A DNA stretch of 64,000 bases, taken from Acidimicrobiales bacterium. Its GTDB lineage: Bacteria > Actinomycetota > Acidimicrobiia > Acidimicrobiales > Bog-793. The notes beneath the pieces were generated by a model. The model was not told the origin of the DNA, did not search any database, and worked only from the letters and a program-made list of their open reading frames with translations. Position 1 is the stretch's first letter, and every line of letters begins with the position of its first letter. Where the stretch lies: NCBI GenBank assembly GCA_052146895.1, contig JBKQLZ010000005.1, positions 6,282 through 70,281 on the forward strand. Direction: 5' to 3'. Both the position numbers and the translations under genes were made by a program. Positions 44,003 to 53,318 of the stretch are shown piece by piece.

Positions 44003-45022
44003 TCATCCGACGTCGGCGACGGTGCCGCTCGTCAGTTCCACTAGCTCGCCGAACGAGGTCGGGAACACGGCGTGCGGCGTACCCGCGGCCGCCCAGACCA
44101 CCTCGAAACGCTCGAGGCTCCGGTCCACAAGCGTCCTGATCGCGTACGGGTGCCCGAGCGGTGCAACTCCCCCGATCGGGAAGCGAGTCGCGGAACGGAC
44201 CACCTCTGCGTCGGCACGCGCGAGGCTCGCCGCCCCGAGCACCTGAGCCGACTGGTGGGGATCGACCCGGCGATCGCCCGCGACGAGCAGGAGCACCGGC
44301 TCACCGTCAGCCACGAAGACGAGGGACTTGACGATCTGGCCCACCTCTACCCCGAGCGTCGCCGCAGCCTCCTCGGCAGTCCGGGCGGAGGTCTCTACCT
44401 CTATCACCCGGGAGCGGGACCCGGCAGCTTGGAGCGCGTCTTGGACCCGGCGGGCGTTGCGATGAAGCTGCCTGACGCTCGAGGCTGCCGCTACTCCCGC
44501 CGCCGCCTCGTCGAGGTCGTCCGCAGTCAGGACCGAGATCACCGTCAGTCCGGCATCATCGAGCACCTCGTGCGCGCCGCCGCTCCGGTCGATGACACAT
44601 AGGACCTGTTCTACGTGGGCACCAAGGTTCCGCAGATCATCGGTCGACATCACAACCTGGCCGCCTGTCGTGATCACGTCCTCGACGACGAGCACCTGCC
44701 GGTCGGCGACCTGGCCGCCCTCGGCGAGCTTCGCCGTCCCGTAGGACTTCGCCACCTTGCGCACGAACACGACCTCGATCCCCGTCGCGAGCGAGAGCGC
44801 GGTGGCAACCGGTACGCCGCCGAGCTCGAGCCCGGCCAGCACCTCCGTGCCGGGGGGCACGAGCGGGATCATGTGGGCGGCCACCTCGCGCAGGAGCCCC
44901 GGATCTCCTTCGAAGAGGTACTTGTCGAAGTAGTGGTCAGTCACCTGACCGGACCGAAGGGTGAACGAGCCCTCCAGCCGGCAGAGGTCGTTGATCCTCG
45001 CAGCGAGCGCCTGTCTGTCCAT
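44003..45022 (-). CDS. pyrE: orotate phosphoribosyltransferase fused to a YbaK/ProX-type aminoacyl-tRNA deacylase domain
   Basis: N-terminal half has FTLRSGQVTDHYFDKY and the PRPP loop VLVVEDVITTGGQV. C-terminal half has KSLVFVADGEPVLLLVAGDRRVD...PIGGVAPLGH, typical of the YbaK fold. Single uninterrupted ORF. Confidence 0.8.
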   Translation of the reverse strand: MDRQALAARINDLCRLEGSFTLRSGQVTDHYFDKYLFEGDPGLLREVAAHMIPLVPPGTEVLAGLELGGVPVATALSLATGIEVVFVRKVAKSYGTAKLAEGGQVADRQVLVVEDVITTGGQVVMSTDDLRNLGAHVEQVLCVIDRSGGAHEVLDDAGLTVISVLTADDLDEAAAGVAAASSVRQLHRNARRVQDALQAAGSRSRVIEVETSARTAEEAAATLGVEVGQIVKSLVFVADGEPVLLLVAGDRRVDPHQSAQVLGAASLARADAEVVRSATRFPIGGVAPLGHPYAIRTLVDRSLERFEVVWAAAGTPHAVFPTSFGELVELTSGTVADVG

Positions 45023-45117
45023 CGTCGCCAGTCTGGTGCAACGATCGGGCCGATGGGAAACGTCGCCTCGGTACCGAGCGAACCCGCACTGGTGCGGGAA
45101 CGGTGTAGGACAGGGGC

Positions 45118-46035
45118 ATGCTGATCGTTGGCACGACAACCCACCTCGAGGACCTCGACCGCAGCTACACCTTCGCCCTCGACGTCTCCGTCACAGCACT
45201 GACGGCCAACCCGTCCGCCCAAGGGCTGATCGGGTCGGCCCCCGGCGTCTGCGTCCTGCTCGACGGCGAGCGGATCGACAAGGTCGAGGACGTCGACTTG
45301 GCACCCTTGGTACCGCTTTCGACGACCGGCGCGCAGAGCATGGCCGCGACGGCAACCGGCGACCTGCTCGTCGGCCTCGTCGGCGCCCACCTCATGACCG
45401 TGAGCCTCGCCGGCGCCATCAATCCCGTGACCTCCTTCGACTCCGTGCCCGGTCGGGACACCTGGCGGAACCCGGCCGGGAGCGAGTTGGAGCTGCGGTC
45501 CATCGCGGTCACGAGCGACGACCGGTGGTTCGCCAACGTGCACGTCGGCGGCGTATGGCGATCCGACGACCAGGGGAGCTCGTGGAGGAGCGTCCTCGCT
45601 CCGGAGACGGACGTGCACGAGATCGTCGCAGGGCCGAACGGGCGGGTTGCGGTCGCGGCGCAAGGAGGGCTCGGCTGGAGCGACGACAACGGTGACAGCT
45701 GGCAATGGACGGCCGAGGGGTTGCACGCGCCGTATGCGAGAGCCGTCGCGCTCGACGGCGACACCGCCTACGTCACCGCCTCGACCGGACCGCAGACGAG
45801 CGACGGGCGCCTCTACCGCTGCACGCTCGGGTCGGCTCTCGAGCCTTGCGGGGCGGGCGGGGGCCTCCCAGGTTCGTTCCCGTTCAACCTAGACAGTGGC
45901 AGCGTCACTGCCATCTCCGGCCAGGTCGCACTCGGGACCCACGACGGGCAGGTCTTCCACTCACGCGACGGCGGATCGACCTTCGAGCGGATCGCCCAGG
46001 GCATGCGGCCGGTAAGGATCCTTCGTTACGTTTGA
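45118..46035 (+). CDS. cytoplasmic BNR/Asp-box-like repeat protein
   Basis: SDDQGSSWRSV, SDDNGDSWQW, and SRDGGSTFERI Asp-boxes. No signal peptide and no regular Cys pairs. Confidence 0.6.
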   Translation: MLIVGTTTHLEDLDRSYTFALDVSVTALTANPSAQGLIGSAPGVCVLLDGERIDKVEDVDLAPLVPLSTTGAQSMAATATGDLLVGLVGAHLMTVSLAGAINPVTSFDSVPGRDTWRNPAGSELELRSIAVTSDDRWFANVHVGGVWRSDDQGSSWRSVLAPETDVHEIVAGPNGRVAVAAQGGLGWSDDNGDSWQWTAEGLHAPYARAVALDGDTAYVTASTGPQTSDGRLYRCTLGSALEPCGAGGGLPGSFPFNLDSGSVTAISGQVALGTHDGQVFHSRDGGSTFERIAQGMRPVRILRYV

Positions 46036-46068
46036 CCGCCAGCCCTAGCCGGGTAAGAGTCGGCCGAC

Positions 46069-47016
46069 ATGGCTCATCAGCGCGGGACGACCAAGCCCCA
46101 CCGCGCTCGGGTACTCACGGTCCCGCCCTCGAAGTGGCCCTCGCTCGCGAAGCGCGTCGTGACCGAAGCCGCCCACGACCGCGTCACGATGATCGCCGCC
46201 AGCCTCGCGTTCCACGGCTTCCTCGCGCTGTTGCCGATCCTGATCGCGGCGGTCGGGCTGCTTGGTCTCGTCGGCCTCTCCGGCTCGACCTTGCACCATC
46301 TCCTGCATGCAACGAGCGTGCTCCTGCCCGCTCAGATGTCACAGGTCCTGAACGCGCAGCTGCTCAAGCCCGCCAGCAAGCAGGTCAACCTCGTCGAGCT
46401 CGTGCTCGGTGTGGTCGTGGCCCTTTGGAGCTCGATCGAGGCGATGTCCGCCCTGCAGGTCGCCCTCGACGTGGCGTATGAGGTGCCGCGAGATCGGGGT
46501 TTCTTCGGGAGGCGGCTCGTCGCCATTCCCTTGATCGGCGTGACCATGCTCCTCGGGGGCGTCGCCTCGGTGCTGCTCGTGCTCGGGACCCCGTTGGCAG
46601 AGCTCTTGCCATCAGCGTTCGCGCTCGTGAAACCGGAATACCACGCCGCCCTGCTCGTCATCCGCTACGGCGGGTCACTCGTGCTCGTGATGCTGCTCTT
46701 GTCGGCCTACTACAGCTTCGGGGTGGCTCGGCCGAAGTCGTCTTGGGAGTGGGTGAGCCCCGGCAGCGTGGTGGCGGCTGTCGGATGGGTGCTGGCTGCG
46801 GGAATCTTCTCGTTCTATCTCGACCACTTCGCCCATGAGTCCCGCACGTACGGGGCCCTCGCCGGCGTGGCGGTCACGCTGCTCTGGATGTTCCTCACCG
46901 GCGTCGTGATCCTCTTCGGGGCAGAGCTCAACCGGGAATTCGAGCGGATGGCGGAGGCCGATGATGCCGCCAAACCGGGTTCAGGCGACGCGGCCGCCGA
47001 GCCGCCGGCCCTCTAG
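46069..47016 (+). CDS. YihY/BrkB family membrane protein
   Basis: DRVTMIAASLAFHGFLALLPILIA and six TM helices. Ends GAELNREFER. Confidence 0.85.
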   Translation: MAHQRGTTKPHRARVLTVPPSKWPSLAKRVVTEAAHDRVTMIAASLAFHGFLALLPILIAAVGLLGLVGLSGSTLHHLLHATSVLLPAQMSQVLNAQLLKPASKQVNLVELVLGVVVALWSSIEAMSALQVALDVAYEVPRDRGFFGRRLVAIPLIGVTMLLGGVASVLLVLGTPLAELLPSAFALVKPEYHAALLVIRYGGSLVLVMLLLSAYYSFGVARPKSSWEWVSPGSVVAAVGWVLAAGIFSFYLDHFAHESRTYGALAGVAVTLLWMFLTGVVILFGAELNREFERMAEADDAAKPGSGDAAAEPPAL

Positions 47017-48708
47017 GCGCTCGTTCACCCACGCGGCGAGCTCGCCGGTAGGCACGATCTCGCTCTCGCGTCCCTCGGCCGATCGCAGCTTCGCCTCCAC
47101 GCCGCCGGCTGCGAGCGAGCGCTTCGACACGGTCAGCAGGACAGGGCAGCCGATCAGCTCGGCGTCGGTGAACTGGACCCCTGGGCGCTCCCCGCGGTCG
47201 TCGACGAGGACGTCGATCCCAGAAGACTCGAGCTCTTCGATTATGGCCGGTGCTGCTTCGAGCCCTTCGTCACCGAGGGCGCACAAGTGGACGGCAAAAG
47301 GAGCGATCGAGGCAGGCCAGCGCAAGCCGCGCTCGTCCCGGTGCTCCTCGGCGACCGAGGCGAGCAACCGCCCGACGCCGATGCCGTACGAGCCCATCAC
47401 GATCGGCTGCTCAGTCCCGTCCTCAGCGAGGTAGTTCGCACCGAGCGAGGCCGAGTACTTGGTGCCGAGCTTGAAGATGTTCCCCACCTCGATGCCCCGC
47501 TCGGTCCTCAGCGTGGCGCCGCAGACGACACAGGGCTGGCCCTCGTCCGCAGCGGTGATGTCAGCGACGATGTCGGGTTCGAAGTCGCGGCCCGAGTTCA
47601 CGTTCATGAGGTGCCAGCCCTCTTCGTTCGCGCCGGCCACGAGGTTGCGCGACTCGGCCGCGAGCTCGTCCACGATCACGGTCGCCCGCTCCCCCACCCC
47701 GATGGGCGAGGCGTAGCCGGGCACGCACCCGATGGCGCGGATCTCCTCGGGCGTCATGGGGCGCAGCTCGGCTGCGTGCACGAGGTTGCCGACCTTCGTC
47801 TCGTTCACCTGCATGTCGCCGCGCACGACCGCCACCACGAACCGGCCGGAGTTGGTCGCGAGGAAGACGATCTTTGCCGTGCGGTCGGCGGCGATCCCGA
47901 GCAGCTTGCACAGCGTGTCTATGGTCGTGGTGTCGGGCGTCGAGACGCGCTCGATCGGCAAGGGCTCCTCGGTTACGTCGGCGGCCGGCTTGGCGGACCG
48001 GGCGACCTGGCGGTTCTCCGCGTAACCGCACGAGTCGCAAAGGACGATCGTGTCCTCGCCGATCGGGTTCAAGTACATGAACTCGTGCGCCCCGGAGCCG
48101 CCCATCATCCCGACATCGGCGGTGACAGCGATGACGGGTAACTCGCAGCGGCGAAAGATCTCGTCGTAAGCGCGGTGGAGGCGCTCGTACTGGATCTCGA
48201 GGCCGGCCTCGTCGCGGTCGAGCGTGTAGGCGTCCTTCATCGTGAACTCCCGCACACGGAGAAGCCCGGCGCGCGGCCTCGGGTCGTCCCGGAACTTGAG
48301 CTGTATGTGGTACACGAGCTTCGGGAGCTGCCGCCAGGATTGGATCTCGGTCGCCGACAGCCCGGCGACCACTTCCTCGTGCGTCATCGCGAGGACGAGG
48401 GGGCGGTCGCGCCGGTCGACGAAACGCACGAGCTCCGGCCCCACAGCCTCGTAACGCCCGGACCGCTTCCACAGCTCGCCGGGCTGCACCATCGGCATCG
48501 ACATCTCGACACCCCCGGCATCGTTCATCTCCTCGCGCATGATGTCCTCGATGCGGCGCATCGCCCGCCACGCGAGCGGCAGGTACGAGAAGATGCCCTG
48601 TCCGAGCTGACGGATGTAGGCGCCGCGGAGCAAGAGCTGGTACCCGGGGGTCTCAGCGCCCGCGGGAGCCTCTCGCAGGGTGGACCCGAACAGCTGTGAC
48701 ATCTTCAT
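46981..48708 (-). CDS. proS: proline--tRNA ligase (bacterial type with INS editing domain)
   Basis: MKMSQLFGSTLREAP..., class II motifs (FRDDPRPRAGLLRVREF, GIEVGNIFKLG) and about a 180-aa insertion domain. Confidence 0.95.
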   Translation of the reverse strand: MKMSQLFGSTLREAPAGAETPGYQLLLRGAYIRQLGQGIFSYLPLAWRAMRRIEDIMREEMNDAGGVEMSMPMVQPGELWKRSGRYEAVGPELVRFVDRRDRPLVLAMTHEEVVAGLSATEIQSWRQLPKLVYHIQLKFRDDPRPRAGLLRVREFTMKDAYTLDRDEAGLEIQYERLHRAYDEIFRRCELPVIAVTADVGMMGGSGAHEFMYLNPIGEDTIVLCDSCGYAENRQVARSAKPAADVTEEPLPIERVSTPDTTTIDTLCKLLGIAADRTAKIVFLATNSGRFVVAVVRGDMQVNETKVGNLVHAAELRPMTPEEIRAIGCVPGYASPIGVGERATVIVDELAAESRNLVAGANEEGWHLMNVNSGRDFEPDIVADITAADEGQPCVVCGATLRTERGIEVGNIFKLGTKYSASLGANYLAEDGTEQPIVMGSYGIGVGRLLASVAEEHRDERGLRWPASIAPFAVHLCALGDEGLEAAPAIIEELESSGIDVLVDDRGERPGVQFTDAELIGCPVLLTVSKRSLAAGGVEAKLRSAEGRESEIVPTGELAAWVNERLEGRRLGGRVA

Positions 48709-48875
48709 CCGTAAGAAACTAATCCGTCCTCCGACGCCCTCCCTCTGGCCACCCGAGCGCCGCGCCAGCTTGCGGGTGTAATTCGGCGCCGCTCATGAGT
48801 ACGCTGTTACCCCTGGGGAGAGGCCGCGCCCAGCACATTGAGTCGCGGCCACGTAAGAGCATCGGAGATAGACAG

Positions 48876-49913
48876 ATGGCTCGAGCGATCTGGACCGGCT
48901 CGATCAGTTTTGGCTTGGTGAACATTCCCGTCGGCCTGTACTCCGCGGTCTCGGAGAAGACGATCCGGTTCAACCAACTGCAAAAGGGCACCTCCGACCG
49001 CATCCGCTACAAGCGGGTGAACGAGAACACGGGCGAGGAAGTCGAGTATCAGGACATCGTGAAGGGCTACGACGTCGGCGACGGGCGCTACGTCGTGCTC
49101 ACGCCGAAGGAGCTCGAGGCGGTCGAGCCCTCCGGGTCGCGCACCATCGAGATCGAGGACTTCGTCGACCAGGTCGACATCGATCCGATCTTCTACAACC
49201 AGACCTACTTCGTGGCACCCAAGACGGAGGCCGCCGGCCGGCCCTACGCGCTCTTGATCGAGGCAATGCGCAAGTCAGGCAAGGTCGGCATCGCGACGTT
49301 CGTCATGCGGAGCCGCGAGCACCTCGCGGCGCTCCGCGTCAACGGCGAGGTCCTCGCGCTCGAGACGATGTACTTCGCCGACGAGATCCGCGAGCCCTCG
49401 CGCGAGATAGAGATCGCCCCGAGCGGGGAGCCGCCGCGCGAGCGCGAGCTCACCACAGCGATATCTCTCATCGAGTCGATGGGCGCCAAGTGGGACCCGA
49501 CCAGTTACCACGACCGCTACCGGCTGCGCGTCGAGGAGCTGATCGACCAGAAGCTCCAGGGTCAAGAGGTGGTCACGGGCAAGCCCGCCGACCGCGACAC
49601 GAACGTCGTCGACTTGATGGAGGCGCTCCGCCGCTCGGTCGACCGGGTGCGCGAGGACCGTAACGGGGGCGCGGACGGTGAGGCTTCGAGTGAAGGTGCC
49701 GGCAAGCACGCTGGCAACGGCAAGGGGGAGGGGAAGTCGGGCTCGCGATCGAAGGCGGCGAAGGCGGCTCCACAGGGAGAACAGCTCGCGATGATGAGCC
49801 GGGACGAGCTTTACCAGCTCGCGCAGGACATCAAGGTGCCGGGCCGCTCCAAGATGAGCCGAGAAGAGCTCGTCGAAGCAGTAGCGAACGCACAGGCCCG
49901 CCAGGCTTCCTGA
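48876..49913 (+). CDS. ku: Ku protein (NHEJ) with C-terminal HeH/Rho_N-like motif
   Basis: MARAIWTGSISFGLVNIPVGLYSA core. Lys/Gly-rich linker, then MSRDELYQLAQDIKVPGRSKMSREELVEAV. Confidence 0.92.
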   Translation: MARAIWTGSISFGLVNIPVGLYSAVSEKTIRFNQLQKGTSDRIRYKRVNENTGEEVEYQDIVKGYDVGDGRYVVLTPKELEAVEPSGSRTIEIEDFVDQVDIDPIFYNQTYFVAPKTEAAGRPYALLIEAMRKSGKVGIATFVMRSREHLAALRVNGEVLALETMYFADEIREPSREIEIAPSGEPPRERELTTAISLIESMGAKWDPTSYHDRYRLRVEELIDQKLQGQEVVTGKPADRDTNVVDLMEALRRSVDRVREDRNGGADGEASSEGAGKHAGNGKGEGKSGSRSKAAKAAPQGEQLAMMSRDELYQLAQDIKVPGRSKMSREELVEAVANAQARQAS

Positions 49914-49929
49914 CACACTCGCAGCGCGC

Positions 49930-50931
49930 GTGCCGGAACCGATGACAGCGAGAACGGTGCCGGCAATGCCGCGGTCGATCAAGCCGATGCTCGCGAGTCT
50001 CGGCCACCTGCCGGCACCCGATGACAACCGGTGGGCGTACGAATTCAAGTGGGACGGGGTTCGCGCGATCGCGTACGTCGACGGGGGCGAGCTGCGGCTC
50101 GAATCGCGCAACGGCAACAACCTGACGGCTTCGTTTCCCGAGCTGCAGGCACTTGCCGGAAGGCTCGGAGGGAAGACCGTGGTCCTCGACGGCGAGATCG
50201 TCGCCTTCGACTCGGCAGGGCGCCCGAGCTTCCAGCGGCTCCAGCCGAGGATTCATTCGTCGGACGCCGCCAAGGCGTTGCGGCTCGCTGCGGAGCAGCC
50301 GGTCACTTATGTCGTCTTCGACGTCCTCTGGGCGGATGGCGAGCCCTTGCTCGAGCTGACCTACGACGAGCGCCGGCGGCGGCTCGATCAGCTCGGCCTC
50401 GGTGAAGGCGATGCTTGGACCGTAAGCCCGCGCTTCGAAGGCCCGGGAATCGATGTCCTCAGCGCGAGCAACCAGCAAGGGCTCGAGGGGGTAGTCGCCA
50501 AGCGCACGGACTCGCCCTACCGGCCTGGCAAGCGTTCCCCGGAGTGGACGAAGGTGAAGAACATCCGCACTCAAGAAGTCGTGATCGGGGGGTGGACTCA
50601 AGGTCAGGGCCACCGGAACAATCAAATCGGCTCGCTGCTTCTCGGGCTACCCGATCACGGCTCCCTCTCCTACATCGGCCAGGTCGGAACCGGGTTCACG
50701 GAGGCGATCCTCGCGGATCTCGCAAAGAAGCTCGAGCCGATCTCGCGAGAGTCGAGCCCTTTCGACGGCGACATCCCGACTCGGTATCGCAAGAACGCCC
50801 ACTACGCCGAGCCGCTCCTCGTCGGTGAGGTGGCCTTCTCCGAGTGGACGGCAGAAGACCGGCTCCGCCATCCCGTGTGGCGCGGGCTTCGTGACGACAA
50901 AGGCCCGGAGGAGGTCGTCCGTGAGTCCTGA
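49930..50931 (+). CDS. ligD: ATP-dependent DNA ligase (LigD ligase domain only)
   Basis: Adenylation motif EFKWDGVRA, with DGEIV, the OB-fold, and C-terminal RHPVWRGLRDDK. Confidence 0.9.
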   Translation: MPEPMTARTVPAMPRSIKPMLASLGHLPAPDDNRWAYEFKWDGVRAIAYVDGGELRLESRNGNNLTASFPELQALAGRLGGKTVVLDGEIVAFDSAGRPSFQRLQPRIHSSDAAKALRLAAEQPVTYVVFDVLWADGEPLLELTYDERRRRLDQLGLGEGDAWTVSPRFEGPGIDVLSASNQQGLEGVVAKRTDSPYRPGKRSPEWTKVKNIRTQEVVIGGWTQGQGHRNNQIGSLLLGLPDHGSLSYIGQVGTGFTEAILADLAKKLEPISRESSPFDGDIPTRYRKNAHYAEPLLVGEVAFSEWTAEDRLRHPVWRGLRDDKGPEEVVRES

Positions 50932-51847
50932 CAGCGCCAAGGTCTCGGTGAACGTCGACGGGAAGGAGCTCGTCCTCTCCAACCTCGGAAAGCAGCTCTA
51001 CCCGAGTGGGTTCGCCAAGGGCGATCTGCTCGACTACTACGCGAGGATCGCCCCGGTGATGCTGAACCACCTCCGGGGAAGGCCAGTGACCGTAAAGCGG
51101 TTCCCAAACGGGACTGATGCGAGTGGTTTTGTCGAGAAGAACGTCCCGCGCCACGCTCCGGACTGGATCCAGACGGTCACGCTCCCGCGAAAGGGCACGG
51201 GCTGGGGAGCGGCCAAGCAGAGCGACCGTGACACGACTCATTACACGATCGTCAACGACCTCGCCACGCTCACCTGGCTCGCCAACCTCGCGGCCATCGA
51301 GTTCCACAGCCCGATGTGGCGGGTGGGGCCGGAGAACACGCCTCAGGCGCCCGACATTGTCGTGTTCGATCTCGATCCCGGTGAGCCGGCCACCATCACC
51401 GAGTGCTGCGACGTGGCTCTGCGCCTCCGGGACCGGGTTGCCGAACAGGGCATCGACTTGCTCGCCAAGACGAGCGGCTCGAAGGGGCTGCAATGCTACG
51501 GACGGATCGCCGATCTCGGCTGGGCTCCTGAGCACTCCAACGAGTACGCCCACGAGATCGCCGAGGAGCTCGAGGCTGCCTCCCCTGATCTGATCGTCTC
51601 GAAGATGGCCAAGGCCCTGAGGCCCGGCAAGGTCCTGATCGACTGGAGCCAGAACAACATGGCGAAGACGACGGTGACGCCCTACTCGTTGCGGGCGCTC
51701 GACCATCCTTGCGTCTCGACTCCTGTCACGTGGGACGAGGTCGAACAGGGTGCGGCCGCCAAGGCGGATCTGCTCGGTCTCGATCCGGCGCAGGTGCTCG
51801 ACCGCGTCGAACGGCTGGGCGACCTGTTCGGATCGCTCGCCTCTTAG
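50921..51847 (+). CDS. LigD polymerase/primase domain protein (stand-alone)
   Basis: GTG at 50921 overlaps the ligase 3' end. Includes LSNLGKQLYP, RPVTVKRFPNG, DLDP, and KTSGSKGLQ motifs. Confidence 0.85.
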   Translation: MSPDSAKVSVNVDGKELVLSNLGKQLYPSGFAKGDLLDYYARIAPVMLNHLRGRPVTVKRFPNGTDASGFVEKNVPRHAPDWIQTVTLPRKGTGWGAAKQSDRDTTHYTIVNDLATLTWLANLAAIEFHSPMWRVGPENTPQAPDIVVFDLDPGEPATITECCDVALRLRDRVAEQGIDLLAKTSGSKGLQCYGRIADLGWAPEHSNEYAHEIAEELEAASPDLIVSKMAKALRPGKVLIDWSQNNMAKTTVTPYSLRALDHPCVSTPVTWDEVEQGAAAKADLLGLDPAQVLDRVERLGDLFGSLAS

Positions 51848-52623
51848 CCGACGAGCAGCCTGATCGCCGTCGCCAGCCCGAGGCCGAGCACGAGGACCCG
51901 GAACGCCACCGGCGGGAGCCGCCTCGCGACGCGGGCGCCGAAGTACCCGCCCGCGAGGCTCGTCAGCGCGAGCAATCCGGCGTCGCCCCAGGCGATGTCG
52001 CCGTGCACGATGAAGATGATCGCCGCGGCGGTATTGACGACGAGTGACAGCACGGTCCGCAGGCCGTTGGTGCGCATGAGCGCGTCCGGCAGGGTCAGGC
52101 CGAGCAGCGCCAGCAGGACGACGCCGAGCCCGGCCCCGAAGTAGCCGCCGTAGACCGCTCCGGCGAACGTGCCGGCATGAGCTACCACCGAGCGCCGCGA
52201 GCGAGGTGCGGGCGCGGGCGCGCCAACCTCGGTGGCGTGCCCGCCGACGACCCGCGACACGGCCGGCTGTATGGCGAACAGCAGGCATGCAGCAAAGACG
52301 AGATAGGGCACAACGGCGGCAAACGTGTGCTGCGGCGTAGTGAACAACAGGACCGAGCCGAGAGCGGCGCCGGCCAAGGCGGGGATCGTCAGCGTTAGCG
52401 CGCGGTGTCTCTGGTCGCCCAACTCGGACCGGAAGCCGGCGGCACCGCCGGCGTAACCCGGCCAGATGCCGACGGTCGATGTCATGTTCGCCCGCAGCGC
52501 CGGGAGGCCAACTGCGAGCAGGGCGGGGAACGACACGAGAGTGCCGCCGCCGGCGGCGCCGTTGCAGGTGCCGGCGAGGAAGCCTGCGGCGATGAGCAGC
52601 GCCGTCGAGGCGTCAGGGCTCAG
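51844..52623 (-). CDS. TauE/SafE family sulfite/anion exporter (start codon unresolved)
   Basis: The ORF track starts at GTG 52536. However, 29 conserved upstream in-frame codons (LSPDASTALLIAAGFLAGTCNGAAGGGTL) contain no ATG/GTG/TTG. A CTG at 52621-52623 overlaps the dedA stop. Confidence 0.75.
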   Translation of the reverse strand: MSPDASTALLIAAGFLAGTCNGAAGGGTLVSFPALLAVGLPALRANMTSTVGIWPGYAGGAAGFRSELGDQRHRALTLTIPALAGAALGSVLLFTTPQHTFAAVVPYLVFAACLLFAIQPAVSRVVGGHATEVGAPAPAPRSRRSVVAHAGTFAGAVYGGYFGAGLGVVLLALLGLTLPDALMRTNGLRTVLSLVVNTAAAIIFIVHGDIAWGDAGLLALTSLAGGYFGARVARRLPPVAFRVLVLGLGLATAIRLLVG

Positions 52624-53318
52624 GCTGGGCTCTTTTGCTCGCGCTCTCGCCGCACGGCAAGGTAGCGGTGCCCGATGAAGGCTGCGATCGCAACGACCGC
52701 CAAAGCAGCCAGCACGTAGCCAGCGTCACTGAAGCCCTTTGTCAGCTCGTGCCACTTCGAGCCGAGCTCGTACCCGGCGATTGACAGTGCAGTGCACCAC
52801 ACGAGGCTGCCGCCGGCCGTCGCCAGCCCGAAACGCACGGGGCTCATCTCAGCGACGCCCGCCGGCAGCGAGATGAACGTCCGGATGATCGGGAGGACCC
52901 GCCCGAGCGCCACCGCGGGCTCGCCCCGCCGCTCGAACCACCGGTGGGCGCGATCGAGGTCGGTCTTCGTGAGAAGGACGTACTTGCCGAGCCGGTCGAT
53001 CAAGGGGCGTCCTCCGTAGCGACCGATTCCCCACCCGACGAAAGAACCGCACAGCTCGCCCAGCGTCGCCAGCAGGATCACGAGCACGATCTCGAGTTTG
53101 TGCTCGTAGGCGAGGTATCCCGCGAAGCCGAGCGTGATCTCCGAGGGGATCGGAATGCACGCTGCTTCGGCGAATGTCAGGACGACGAGCGCGAGATAGC
53201 CCCAGGATTGGAGGAACGACTGCACGGCAGGTGTTTCTACTACGTGGTGCCCCGCCGACGTGTCCACGGCGGGAGCTGCGCAACCGCTAACTTGCCGCGA
53301 TGCCTGAGCGCCCTCCAA
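52620..53318 (-). CDS. DedA family membrane protein
   Basis: FAEAACIPIPSEITLGFAGYL and RFGLATAGGSLVW motifs. An alternative GTG start exists at 53226. Confidence 0.85.
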   Translation of the reverse strand: MEGAQASRQVSGCAAPAVDTSAGHHVVETPAVQSFLQSWGYLALVVLTFAEAACIPIPSEITLGFAGYLAYEHKLEIVLVILLATLGELCGSFVGWGIGRYGGRPLIDRLGKYVLLTKTDLDRAHRWFERRGEPAVALGRVLPIIRTFISLPAGVAEMSPVRFGLATAGGSLVWCTALSIAGYELGSKWHELTKGFSDAGYVLAALAVVAIAAFIGHRYLAVRREREQKSPA

